From NCBI GenBank assembly GCA_002729125.1, contig PBTQ01000074.1:52507-116506 (forward strand): a stretch of 64,000 nucleotides of DNA. Reading direction: 5' to 3'. Origin of the DNA: Acidimicrobiaceae bacterium (GTDB lineage: Bacteria; Actinomycetota; Acidimicrobiia; Acidimicrobiales; Aldehydirespiratoraceae). Positions within the stretch are counted from its first letter, which is position 1. Every line of letters starts with the position of its first letter. A program made the translations under genes and the position numbers. This document shows positions 30,167 to 39,606 of the stretch, one piece after another. A model generated the notes under the pieces. That model was given only the letters and a program-made list of their open reading frames with translations, was not told the origin of the DNA and searched no databases.

Positions 30167-31063
30167 ATGGGGATGAAGTTGCGAGCAGCCACGCGCGGGA
30201 GTGCGTTGGCGTTGTGGCAGACGCGTCAGGTGGCTTCACAGCTCGAGTGTGGGATCGACGAGGTCATCGTCTCGACCATGGGCGACCGCAACACCGACGT
30301 GCCGATCCACTCGATGGGTGGCAAAGGCGTGTTCGTCAAGGAGGTTCAGGCCGCCGTGCTCGACGGTCGGGCCGACTTCGCCGTGCACTCTGGGAAGGAT
30401 CTCCCAGCGGTTACGCCCGATGGGCTCGTGCTCGTCTGCGTACCGGCCCGAGCCGATGCACGCGACACGCTCGTTGGCGCATCCTGGGCGTCGCTGCCTC
30501 CCGGTGCGCACATCGCTACCGGCTCGGTTCGCCGCCGGGCCCAGCTGGCCTGGCATCGACCTGACCTCGTCTTCTCCGAACTGCGCGGCAACATTCAGAC
30601 TCGGCTGGAGAAGCTCGAGTCGGGCGGCTTTGACGCGATCGTAATGGCGGCCGCAGCGATCGACCGCCTTGAGCTCGACCTGACGACCCTAGTCGACCGG
30701 CTCGACCCGTCGATCATGCTCCCGCAGGTCGCCCAAGGCGCCCTCGCCATCGAGTGCCGTGCGAACGACACCGAGACGATCGCTGTGCTGCGTGCGATCC
30801 AACATGCCGACACCCGCCGTGTCGTCGACACCGAGCGGGCCTTTCTCCACGAACTCGGCGGCGACTGCGATCTCCCCGCCGGTGCACACGCAACCCTTGG
30901 TGACGACGGCATCGAGATCACCGGCATGCTGGCGTCGCTTGATGGCCGGGCCCTGATCCGTGAACGCCGGGTCGGGACCGATCCCGATCAGCTCGGTCGG
31001 GCGGTCGCCCGCTTCCTACTCGACGAACGCGGTGGCCGCGACCTGCTGGCCGATCTCCGCTGA
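30167..31063 (+). CDS. hemC: Hydroxymethylbilane synthase (porphobilinogen deaminase)
   Basis: ATRGSALALWQT, GGKGVFVKE, LRGNIQTRL and the cofactor Cys in ELGGDCDLP. Confidence 0.9.
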   Translation: MGMKLRAATRGSALALWQTRQVASQLECGIDEVIVSTMGDRNTDVPIHSMGGKGVFVKEVQAAVLDGRADFAVHSGKDLPAVTPDGLVLVCVPARADARDTLVGASWASLPPGAHIATGSVRRRAQLAWHRPDLVFSELRGNIQTRLEKLESGGFDAIVMAAAAIDRLELDLTTLVDRLDPSIMLPQVAQGALAIECRANDTETIAVLRAIQHADTRRVVDTERAFLHELGGDCDLPAGAHATLGDDGIEITGMLASLDGRALIRERRVGTDPDQLGRAVARFLLDERGGRDLLADLR

Positions 31064-31073
31064 CCGCGGCACG

Positions 31074-32312
31074 ATGACGGCGATGACTCCGCCGCCTGAA
31101 CCCGTTGTCGCCGGCCCGCTCGGCGGGCTTTGCATCGTGGTTACCCGACCTCGCGACCAGGCGGCATCGCTCGTCAAGGCGCTGGAGGCGCAGGGTGCCG
31201 AAGCGGTATCGGTTCCGGTCATCGAGATCACCAAGCCGCTCGATGGCGGCGTCGGGCTTCGCACGGCGTTGCGGGTTCTGCGCGATGGCGACTGGGTTGC
31301 GGTCACCTCGCCAAACGGTGCCGCAACGGTGGCCGAGGCGCTTGGTGAGCGCCCACTCGCCGATGGCGTTCGGGTCGCGGTGGTCGGTCCCGGAACCCGC
31401 GATCGGGCCGAGTCGCTCGGTCTCCCCGTCGATCTCGTGCCTGCCGATGCGATCGCCGAGGGTCTCGCAACCGCGTTCCCCGCACCACCGATTGCGGGCG
31501 GTCGGGTGGTGCTCGCCCGAGCCGAGATCGCCCGCGAGACCCTGCCGATCCATCTGCGGATGATGGGCTGGAACGTCGACGAGGTCGTCGCCTACCGCAC
31601 GGTCTCTGCCGACATCGATGACAGCGGTCGTCTCGCCTGCGCTGCGGCGGACGCCGTCGTCTTCACCTCCGGTTCGGCGGTCGATTCGCTCGTCGACGCC
31701 GTCGGTGTCGACGGACTCCCGAAAATCGTCGTCTCGATCGGTCCGGCGACCTCCGCCGTCGCTGCCGAGCGGGGCGTTGATGTCGACGTCGAAGCCGATC
31801 CGCACACGATCCCTGGCCTCGTCGACGCCCTCGTCGCCCACGTCGCCGACCGTCCAGTGCTGCACAGCGAGCCCGCCGGGAGCGCCGACGCCCAGTGGTG
31901 TCTCGAGCAGTACTACGCCGAACTTGACACCCGTTTCGTCCACGGCCTCGATCGCAGCACGGTGCAGTCCACCGACATCGACGAGATCTCGCCACCGAAC
32001 GGACTCTTCGTCGTCATCCGTCTCGACGGTCACCCGGTGGGATGCGGCGCGCTCAAACGTTCCGACCCTGCGGTGATCGACATCAAACGGATGTGGCTGC
32101 GTTTAGACGTACGCGGTCGGGGACTCGGCCGGGCGCTACTCGGCCATCTCATGGACGAGGCCCGGGCGCTGGGTGTCGACCGGGTCCGGCTCGATACCAA
32201 CGAGACGCTCGTCGAGGCGATCGCGCTCTACGAGTCGTCCGGCTTCGTTGTCGTCGAGCGATTCAATGACGACCCGCACGCCACCCACTTCTTCGGACGA
32301 GCACTCGATTGA
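31074..32312 (+). CDS. hemD: Uroporphyrinogen-III synthase fused to a C-terminal GNAT acetyltransferase domain
   Basis: HemD-like residues 1 to about 255 (IVVTRPRDQA...VTSPNGA...FTSGSAV). These are followed, with no stop, by a roughly 150-aa GNAT domain (RGRGLGRALL...ALYESSGF). Confidence 0.8.
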   Translation: MTAMTPPPEPVVAGPLGGLCIVVTRPRDQAASLVKALEAQGAEAVSVPVIEITKPLDGGVGLRTALRVLRDGDWVAVTSPNGAATVAEALGERPLADGVRVAVVGPGTRDRAESLGLPVDLVPADAIAEGLATAFPAPPIAGGRVVLARAEIARETLPIHLRMMGWNVDEVVAYRTVSADIDDSGRLACAAADAVVFTSGSAVDSLVDAVGVDGLPKIVVSIGPATSAVAAERGVDVDVEADPHTIPGLVDALVAHVADRPVLHSEPAGSADAQWCLEQYYAELDTRFVHGLDRSTVQSTDIDEISPPNGLFVVIRLDGHPVGCGALKRSDPAVIDIKRMWLRLDVRGRGLGRALLGHLMDEARALGVDRVRLDTNETLVEAIALYESSGFVVVERFNDDPHATHFFGRALD

Positions 32313-32343
32313 CCCGGCAGCATCGCCGTCGGAGGCCCACATC

Positions 32344-32991
32344 GTGATCCCGCCTGCCGCCGTCATCTTCGACTTCGACGGCACCATCGCCAACACCGAG
32401 ACCCCCGTGTACGAGGCCGCTCGGATCGCGCACGAGGAGCATGGTCTCGAACTCCCCATGACGACATGGATCGAGATCGTCGGCACCGCCGACAACAAGC
32501 CGCTGGCCGAGCGACTCAGGGACGCGCTCGGTCGCGCCCCGGATGCCGACGTGATGGCCCGGGCCGAGGAACGTCACCGCCACGCCCGCGAGAACGTCCC
32601 GGTTCTGTCGGGCGTGGAAGACCTGATCACGGTCGCCAAGTCGCACGACCGCCAGCTTGCGATCGCAAGCAGCTCGCCAATCGACTGGGTCGAGCCGCAC
32701 CTCATCCGGCTCGGGCTCGTCGATCACTTCGACCACCTCAGCACGCGTGATCAGGTCGACCGAGGCAAACCTGCCCCTGACCTGTTCCTCCTCGCCGCGG
32801 CCCGACTGGGTCTTGACCCGGCCAACATCCTCGTCATCGAAGACTCGCGACACGGCTATGCGGCAGCCCGAGCGGCGGGGATGCGCTGTGTCGTCGTTCC
32901 CAACGCAATCACAGCACACGACGTCCACCCCGACGCCGAGATCGTGCTCGGATCGCTTGCCGACTTCCCCTTCGCTCACTTCGGGTTCTGA
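32344..32991 (+). CDS. HAD-superfamily hydrolase (beta-phosphoglucomutase-like subfamily IA)
   Basis: FDFDGTIANTE, an ASSS motif, a GKPAPDLF motif and an IEDSxxG motif. GTG 32344 follows GGAGG. Confidence 0.8.
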   Translation: MIPPAAVIFDFDGTIANTETPVYEAARIAHEEHGLELPMTTWIEIVGTADNKPLAERLRDALGRAPDADVMARAEERHRHARENVPVLSGVEDLITVAKSHDRQLAIASSSPIDWVEPHLIRLGLVDHFDHLSTRDQVDRGKPAPDLFLLAAARLGLDPANILVIEDSRHGYAAARAAGMRCVVVPNAITAHDVHPDAEIVLGSLADFPFAHFGF

Positions 32992-33017
32992 CCCATCGCG
33001 GTGGGTAGCCTCGCCAT

Positions 33018-34276
33018 GTGAGCAACACGAACGCATCCCTGTTCGAACGCGGTCAGGCCGTCATCCCCGGCGGTGTGAACTCGCCGGTGCGGGCCTTCGG
33101 CTCGGTCGGCGGGACGCCGTACTTCGTCGAACGAGCGGACGGGCCATTCGTTTACGACGTCGAGGGTCGCCGCTACATCGACTACGTCCAGAGCTACGGC
33201 CCGTCGATCCTCGGCCATGCCCATCCCGACGTCATCGCGGCGATCCGGGATGCCGCCACCCGCGGCACGAGCTATGGCGCCCCCACCGAGAACGAGGTGC
33301 GCATCGCCGAAGAGATGACCAGCCGGGTCGAGGGGCTCGAGATGATGCGCCTCGTCTCGTCCGGCACCGAAGCGGCGATGTCGGCGATCCGGCTCGCACG
33401 CGGCGCAACCGGCCGCAGCAAGATTCTGAAGTTCGCCGGCAACTACCACGGCCACACCGACTCCCTGCTCGTCGCCGGCGGTTCGGGCATCGCTCAACAG
33501 GGCCTCAAGGGTTCCGACGGCGTGACGCCGGGCGCGATCAAGGACACGATCGTGGCGCCGTACAACGTCGTCCCCGAGATCGATGAGTCGATCGCTGTGA
33601 TCTGTGTCGAACCGATCGCTGCAAACATGGGGCTGGTGCCCCCTGCGCCCGGCTTCCTCGAGGGACTTCGCGAAGCCTGCGACGCCGCCGGGGCGATGCT
33701 GCTCTTCGACGAAGTCATCACCGGTTTTCGTCTGTGCCGCGGTGGCGCAGCCGAGTGGTTCGGTGTGCAGCCCGATGTCTGGTGCTTCGGCAAGGTCATC
33801 GGCGGTGGCCTGCCCATGGGCGCCTACGGCGCAAGCCGCAAGATCATGAGCAATGTGGCACCGCTTGGAGGCGTCTATCAGGCCGGCACGCTTTCGGGGA
33901 ATCCACTCGCGACGGCTGCAGGCCTCGCGGCCCTCGAGCACCTCACGGTTGAGGCGTACGTCGCCCTCACCGACCGGGCCGCACGCCTCCAAGAGGGCAT
34001 GCAGGCGGCGTTCGACGCCGCCGGCGTCGCCGCCGTGTTCCCGAGGGTCGGCCGCTGCTGGGCATCTTCTTCACCGACACGGCGCCGCACGATTTCGATT
34101 CAGCTAAGGCCGCTGCCGACAACGGCGTCTACCCCCGGTTCTTCCACGGGATGCTCGACCGTGGCATCGCCCTCGCGCCAGGCGCCTACGAGGCGATTTT
34201 CCCCTCGCTCGCCCACGGCGACGAGGAGATCGAAGCCACCATCGCTGCCTGCGCCGAGGTTGCTGCGACCCTCTGA
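33018..34276 (+). pseudogene. hemL: Glutamate-1-semialdehyde 2,1-aminomutase, with a 1-nt frameshift in this sequence
   Basis: GGVNSPVRAF...FDEVITGFR...GKVIGGGLP(M)GAYG is the HemL core. After ...VFPRVG (about 34050-34054) the conserved C-terminus PLLGIFFTD...FFHGMLDRGIALAPGAYEA... continues in the -1 frame to TGA 34274-34276. The frame-0 tail to 34448 is Arg/Ser/Pro-rich nonsense. Confidence 0.8.
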
Positions 34277-34362
34277 CCCGACTTTTACGGAGCATTTTGG
34301 AACCACACACCGGGTTTCGTCCGTACATCATTTGGTAGTGCTCACGAGAACTTGGAGCTGCA

Positions 34363-35118
34363 ATGACAATCAAGAAGCTGGCCATCGGGGTCGGAATCGC
34401 CCTCGCCGTGTTGATCGCCGCCATGTGGTGGCTGTTCTTTTGGGGTGACACGCCCGAGGCCGTCGATGTCGATGCCGCCAACACCCAACTCGACGTCGAC
34501 CTGGCGGCGGCCACCGACGACGTTCCAGCCGCTGCGCCCGACCGGTTCGACGGCGACATCAACGCCACGTGGGTGGTCGACGACGAGCTCGGCGAATTCG
34601 ATTTCGAGACCGCGAGTGGCAGCTTCGCCGGCTTCCGAGTCGACGAAGAGCTCACCGTCCCTTACGGTGATGTCGTCGCCGTAGGTCGAACCGGCGGCGT
34701 GAGCGGCACGGTCACGATCGACGGGGGCCGGTTGACCGGCACCAACATCACCGTCGACATGGGGTCGATCACGTCGAACGACGCCCGTCGTGAGTTCCCG
34801 ATCCGCAGGGCCGTCATGGCCAACGAGTTCCCGACCGCCACCTTCGTGTTGACCACACCGGTCGACTTGCCCGCCGGTCTCGCCGACGGCGAGACGGTCA
34901 CGGTTGATGCCGCAGGCGACCTCACCGTTGCGGGCACGACCAACGAGGCGACGTTCACGATCGATGCCCTCCTTCGCTACGATGGATTTGGTGTCATCAC
35001 CGGTTCGGCCACGGTCACGTGGGAGGACTATGGCGTGACCCCGCCAAACGCGCCGATCGTCGTCTCGATCGACGAAAGCGGCATCATTGAGTTCCAGCTC
35101 ATCGTCGCCAAGGGCTGA
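34363..35118 (+). CDS. YceI-family (polyisoprenoid-binding-like) protein with an N-terminal membrane anchor
   Basis: TM helix, then F-R-V-type strands and the ITVDMGSITSNDARRE motif typical of the YceI fold. Confidence 0.75.
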   Translation: MTIKKLAIGVGIALAVLIAAMWWLFFWGDTPEAVDVDAANTQLDVDLAAATDDVPAAAPDRFDGDINATWVVDDELGEFDFETASGSFAGFRVDEELTVPYGDVVAVGRTGGVSGTVTIDGGRLTGTNITVDMGSITSNDARREFPIRRAVMANEFPTATFVLTTPVDLPAGLADGETVTVDAAGDLTVAGTTNEATFTIDALLRYDGFGVITGSATVTWEDYGVTPPNAPIVVSIDESGIIEFQLIVAKG

Positions 35119-35161
35119 GGCCCCGTCGACACGGCTCGAAGCGGGGCTCTACCCTCGGCCG

Positions 35162-36259
35162 ATGGCCCAACATCACGTTCCGACGTCACTCGATCAGATC
35201 ACTGCCGAGGTGATGACCGATGCACTCCGGTCGAGCGGATTCGACGAGGTCGCGGTGTCCTCGGTGTCGGCGGAGCGCATCGCGATTGGCGAGGGCTTCC
35301 TGGGCGAGCTCGCTCGCCTGACGCTCGACTACTCGGCCGGCACCGGGCCAGCGACGGCGATCGCAAAGATCCCAACCACCGACTCGGGGCTCAAGCCGAT
35401 CGGCGACCTGCTCGATGTCTACGGGCGCGAGCACCGGGCCTATGCGAATCTCCTTTCGCAGATGAAGGTCCGCACGCCGCAGGCCTACCTCAATGTGGGC
35501 GACGACGAGTTGCTGGCGTACTGCCTCGTTTTGGAAGATGTCGGCGGCTACGCGTCCGGTGATCATCATGCGGGGGCGACGCTCGAGCAGGCACGCTCCG
35601 CTGTGGTCGCGGCCGCCGGGGTGCACGGCCGCTGGTGGAACCAGGTCGACCAGTTCGACTGGGTGCCACCGATCGACAGCCCACTCAACATGGGCTTGCA
35701 GGGGATGTTCGAGTCGAGCTGGCCGATGGTGGTCGACCAGCACGGCGAACAACTCGGTGCCGAGGTCGTCGCCCGGCTCGAGTCCTACCTTCCGACGGTC
35801 AGCGACATGTTCGCCTCGTTCGGCGAGTCGAGTCGGACCCTGACCCATAACGACTTCCGGCTCGACAACATGTTCTTCGACGTCGACGAACTCGTCCTGA
35901 TCGACTGGCAGCTCCTCGGCCGTGGCGACGGAATGGGCGATGTTGTGCCGTTCTTGACGTGCAACCTCGACCCGGCGCTCCGGCGGGCGCACGAGTCCAA
36001 CCTCATCGACCTCTACCGAGACACCCTCGAGACAATGGACGCCGGCTACGTCCACCTCGACGATCTGATGAACGCCTACAAGCTGACGCTCAACTTCTGG
36101 CTGAGCGCCTGGCTCCACAACTCGGTGACGAAGGGGGAGACCACCCAGCGGGGTGAAGAACTCTTCGAACGCATCATCAACCGCACCCTCGATGCCTACC
36201 TCGAACACGAGGCATGGGAGCTCATCGGTGCCCACGACCTCTCCCCAGAAATGTGCTGA
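35162..36259 (+). CDS. Phosphotransferase (APH / choline-kinase-like / EcKL family)
   Basis: Catalytic-loop LTHNDFRLDNMFF and LIDWQ metal-binding motif. 365 aa from ATG 35162. Confidence 0.75.
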   Translation: MAQHHVPTSLDQITAEVMTDALRSSGFDEVAVSSVSAERIAIGEGFLGELARLTLDYSAGTGPATAIAKIPTTDSGLKPIGDLLDVYGREHRAYANLLSQMKVRTPQAYLNVGDDELLAYCLVLEDVGGYASGDHHAGATLEQARSAVVAAAGVHGRWWNQVDQFDWVPPIDSPLNMGLQGMFESSWPMVVDQHGEQLGAEVVARLESYLPTVSDMFASFGESSRTLTHNDFRLDNMFFDVDELVLIDWQLLGRGDGMGDVVPFLTCNLDPALRRAHESNLIDLYRDTLETMDAGYVHLDDLMNAYKLTLNFWLSAWLHNSVTKGETTQRGEELFERIINRTLDAYLEHEAWELIGAHDLSPEMC

Positions 36260-36263
36260 GCCC

Positions 36264-36761
36264 GTGGCTGAGGTGAAGGTCGAAGACCTCGAGCGCCGCA
36301 GCGCACTTTTCGCCATAGTGGGGCTTCGGCGACCAAGCCGAGGTGAGACGTTCGTCTTCGGCTTGACCATCGCCCTCTACCTCTTGCTCGTCCTTACCGG
36401 CGGGTTCGAGCCGACGGTCGCGATCGTCGTCGTCGTGGTCGCGGTTCCGCTCTTTGCAGTGCTTGATGCCCGCAACCTCGATCGAAAGCTCGCATCCGTG
36501 CCGGAGGTCTCGTACCGCATGGTCGTCCGACTGCCGGACGACCGCGGGCAGACGATGGTGACCGGCGCCAGTCTCACAACCGATCGCGTTGCGCTCCACG
36601 ACATCGAGGGCACGCAGGCATCCTTCTCGCAGTCAACGCCGCCGAGGATGTGGGTCGGGCGACAGAGCCATCGGATCCGCCGGGTCGAGTTCGAGCCGTA
36701 CGGATGCTGCCTGGCCTGGTCGGAACCCTTGTCGGCTCATCGACCGCGCATCGAGCGGTAG
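36264..36761 (+). CDS. Hypothetical membrane protein
   Basis: Two hydrophobic segments (FGLTIALYLLLVL, VAIVVVVVAVPLFAVL). A GTG start follows 4 nt after the kinase stop. The 3' end overlaps convergent pgi by 25 nt. Confidence 0.35.
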   Translation: MAEVKVEDLERRSALFAIVGLRRPSRGETFVFGLTIALYLLLVLTGGFEPTVAIVVVVVAVPLFAVLDARNLDRKLASVPEVSYRMVVRLPDDRGQTMVTGASLTTDRVALHDIEGTQASFSQSTPPRMWVGRQSHRIRRVEFEPYGCCLAWSEPLSAHRPRIER

Positions 36762-38368
36762 CGCTGGATCAGCATATTCGTCGACGCGTCGTGGCGGAGG
36801 TCGGGCGTGAGGTCGTCCGTCAGTTCGCCAATGATCGCCGAGGCGAGGACCTTGCCGAGTTCCACCCCCCACTGGTCGAAGCTGTTGAGCCCCCACACGA
36901 CGCCCTGGGTGAACACCTGGTGTTCGTAGAGGGCGACGAGCTGTCCCAGCACCGATGGGGTGAGGGCGGGCGCCATGATCGTGGTCGAGGGCCGGTTGCC
37001 CGGGAAGGTCCGGTGTGAGACCAGCAGCGGGTCCGTCTCAGTCTTGGCGACCTCCTCGGCGGTCCTGCCGAACGCGAGGGCCTGACTCTGGGCGAAACAG
37101 TTGGCCACGAGGAGATCGTGGTGGGCGTCGGCCCCCTCGAACTCGGCGTGGTCGGGCGCACCGAACACGATGAAGTCGGCGGGGATCACTGTGCTGCCTT
37201 GGTGGAGAAGCTGGTGGAACGAGTGTTGCCCGTTGGTGCCGGGTTCGCCCCAGATCACCGGTCCGGTCTCGTAGGTCACGGGCTCGCCATCGATGCGGAC
37301 TCGCTTTCCGTTCGACTCCATGTCGAGTTGCTGGAGATAGGCGGGAAAGCGATGGAGCGCCCGCGAGTAGGGGAGCACGGCGCGGCTCGGCAGGTCGCAG
37401 AAGGTGCGGTACCAGACCTCGATCAATCCGAGCAGGGTCGGCACGTTCTCGGCGATCGGGGTCGCGGCCATGTGTTCGTCGATCGCCCGGAAACCGGCGA
37501 GCATCTCGGCGAACGCGTCGGGACCGATCGCGATCATGAGGGACAGCCCGATGGCGGAGTCCATCGAGTAGCGCCCGCCGACCCAATCCCAGAAGCCGAA
37601 CATGTTGTCGGTGTCGATCCCGAACGCTGCGACTTCGGTGGCGTTGGTGGACACGGCAACGAAGTGCTTTGTCACGGCATCAGTGCCAAGCGACGCGGTG
37701 AGCCATGCCCGTGCCGACTGGGCGTTCGTGAGCGTCTCCTGGGTAGTGAACGTCTTCGACGAGATCACGAACAAAGTCGTGGCCGGGTCGAGGTCGCAGA
37801 CGGCAGCGACTAGGTCGCTGCCGTCGACGTTGCTGACGAAGTGGCAGCGAATCCGGTCGTGACGGAACGCAGCGAGTGCTTCGTACGCCATGACCGGACC
37901 GAGGTCGGAGCCACCGATCCCGATGTTGATCACCGTCTCGATCGGTGCCCCGGTGGCGCCGACCCAGTCGCCGGATCGGACTCGGTTGGCGAACGTGCCC
38001 AATCGGCCGAGCACTTCGTGGACGGCGGGTACGACATTCTCACCGTCCTCCAGCACCTCGACACCGACCGGTGCTCGCAGCGCGGTGTGGAGCACGGCGC
38101 GATCCTCGGTCGAGTTGATTCGCTCGCCAGCGATCATTGCGGCGAAGCGGTCAGCGAGACCGACCTCGTTTGCCAGGGCGATGAGGTCGTCGAGAACCGC
38201 AGGTGATACTCGGTGTTTGGACAGGTCGATTGTGAGGTCGGCGACCGTGAGCGTCATGCGATCGACTCGACCAGGGTCGCCGTCGAAGAGCCTGCGTAGG
38301 TCGAGATCGTCGAACGAGGCGGCATGGTCCTGGAGGGCGCGCCAGGAATCGGTGAGCGAGGGATCCAC
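36737..38368 (-). CDS. pgi: Glucose-6-phosphate isomerase
   Basis: IGIGGSDLGP, SKTFTTQET and GEPGTNGQHSFHQLLHQG motifs. Confidence 0.9.
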   Translation of the reverse strand: MDPSLTDSWRALQDHAASFDDLDLRRLFDGDPGRVDRMTLTVADLTIDLSKHRVSPAVLDDLIALANEVGLADRFAAMIAGERINSTEDRAVLHTALRAPVGVEVLEDGENVVPAVHEVLGRLGTFANRVRSGDWVGATGAPIETVINIGIGGSDLGPVMAYEALAAFRHDRIRCHFVSNVDGSDLVAAVCDLDPATTLFVISSKTFTTQETLTNAQSARAWLTASLGTDAVTKHFVAVSTNATEVAAFGIDTDNMFGFWDWVGGRYSMDSAIGLSLMIAIGPDAFAEMLAGFRAIDEHMAATPIAENVPTLLGLIEVWYRTFCDLPSRAVLPYSRALHRFPAYLQQLDMESNGKRVRIDGEPVTYETGPVIWGEPGTNGQHSFHQLLHQGSTVIPADFIVFGAPDHAEFEGADAHHDLLVANCFAQSQALAFGRTAEEVAKTETDPLLVSHRTFPGNRPSTTIMAPALTPSVLGQLVALYEHQVFTQGVVWGLNSFDQWGVELGKVLASAIIGELTDDLTPDLRHDASTNMLIQRYRSMRGR

Positions 38369-38454
38369 GGTCCCATGTTCGCCGGTTCGGACGCGGAACA
38401 GCCGGATCCTGCGGGCCTAGCTGTTCGATGCTCTGTGTCCGGCGGGGGAGTGGG

Positions 38455-39303
38455 TTATTCCGAGGCGAGTTCGCCGTACTCTTCGTCGACCTTGACGCGA
38501 GCGGCGTCGACCCAGCCCCGGATCTCCGGCAGCGTGGCACCTTCGAAGGTCATGACGCCCTCTTCCTCCATCAGGTGGTAGAGCTCGTCGAGCACGTGGA
38601 GCTCTCGCTCGTCGCCCTCAGGAGTGATCTGGTCAGCACCGAACGCGTGGCGGACGTGGTAGACGACCGCCACCAACTGCTCGGGCGAGAGGTTGCCGAA
38701 GCCGGCCATCTGGCCGTACGAGCCCGGTGCGTGGGCCCCGCCGGGCCGATCGGGGTCGCCGTAGACGAGGAGGCCCTCGGCCTGTGAGCCGGCGGTGCCG
38801 TTGGCGACCCAGTGCAGGTGGCCGGCGAGGCCGTCGTAGGCGGCGCCCGAAGCGAGCGACGGGAAGGTGAGCAGGACTTCGCCGCCGTTGAGTTGGCGCC
38901 CGGAGCCGCCACCGCCACCGCCACCATGGCAGCCGGCGCACTGGCCGCTGTAGATCTCGGCGCCTTCATAGGCGAGACCTTCGGGAGCGGCGGGCGGGTT
39001 CTCAAGGAAGCCGACGTAAAAAATCGCCCAGAAGGGAAGAAAGATCAGGACCGGAACGATCCACACCGGGACCCTCTTGCGGGTCTCGGCGGCCTCGACA
39101 TAGGCGGCGATGGGCTCGGGAGCCGCGGGCTCCTCGGGGACGGCCGGGGCCGGGGCAGCCGTCGTGGCCGGAACCGGAGCGGCGTTGACCGTCGGCTCGC
39201 TGCTCGGCGCGGCGCTGTCGCCAGCGTCGGGTGGGGCCTCCCCACCAAGGCGGGCACGGGCCTCGGCGGCCTTCTTTAGGAGGTGCTCGGGTACTTCGGT
39301 CAC
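38455..39303 (-). CDS. Membrane-anchored mono-haem c-type cytochrome
   Basis: GTG 39303 sits behind GGAGA. N-terminal VTEVPEHLLKKAAEARA, an Ala/Pro linker, one TM helix, the CAGCH haem site and a GQMAGFG Met-ligand region. The track ORF extension to 40071 is rejected. Confidence 0.8.
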   Translation of the reverse strand: MTEVPEHLLKKAAEARARLGGEAPPDAGDSAAPSSEPTVNAAPVPATTAAPAPAVPEEPAAPEPIAAYVEAAETRKRVPVWIVPVLIFLPFWAIFYVGFLENPPAAPEGLAYEGAEIYSGQCAGCHGGGGGGGSGRQLNGGEVLLTFPSLASGAAYDGLAGHLHWVANGTAGSQAEGLLVYGDPDRPGGAHAPGSYGQMAGFGNLSPEQLVAVVYHVRHAFGADQITPEGDERELHVLDELYHLMEEEGVMTFEGATLPEIRGWVDAARVKVDEEYGELASE

Positions 39304-39551
39304 CGTTGGTCTCCGGCGGATCGATCGGACAGCGGAATGGCGGGTGGAACGGCAGACGCAGGATGACGCCAACCACGCCCTGCGAGGATAGGGGCAGTGT
39401 CGCACGTCCGAACAAGCCGAAGCAGAATCCTTCCCCCGATTTTTGACAATGGCGCAACACCCGATTTCCCCAGCGCCGGATGGGGGGAATCGAAAGGCAC
39501 CGTGATAAACCAAAGGTCCAATCCGGTGGCCGCCGCTCTCCCGGTTTAAAC

Positions 39552-39581
39552 TTGTGCATGGTTTCACGAAGTTCGTGAAAC
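39552..39581. promoter_or_regulatory. Overlapping palindromes: Rex-like TTGTGCATGGTTTCACGA plus a perfect 21-bp palindrome GTTTCACGAAGTTCGTGAAAC
   Basis: Lies in the 303-nt divergent intergenic region, 26 nt upstream of the GTG at 39607. The first element has two mismatches to TTGTGAA-N4-TTCACAA. Confidence 0.45.
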
Positions 39582-39606
39582 GCGTCCGTTCTCCAGGAGT
39601 CGCAGC

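Noticed and set aside
34277-34448. The tail of the track ORF 33018-34448, which would make HemL 476 aa and overlap the YceI gene.
   Set aside because: The sequence after about 34050 in that frame is Arg/Ser/Pro-rich nonsense, while the -1 frame carries the conserved HemL C-terminus ending at 34276. I interpret this as a frameshift, not a longer protein.
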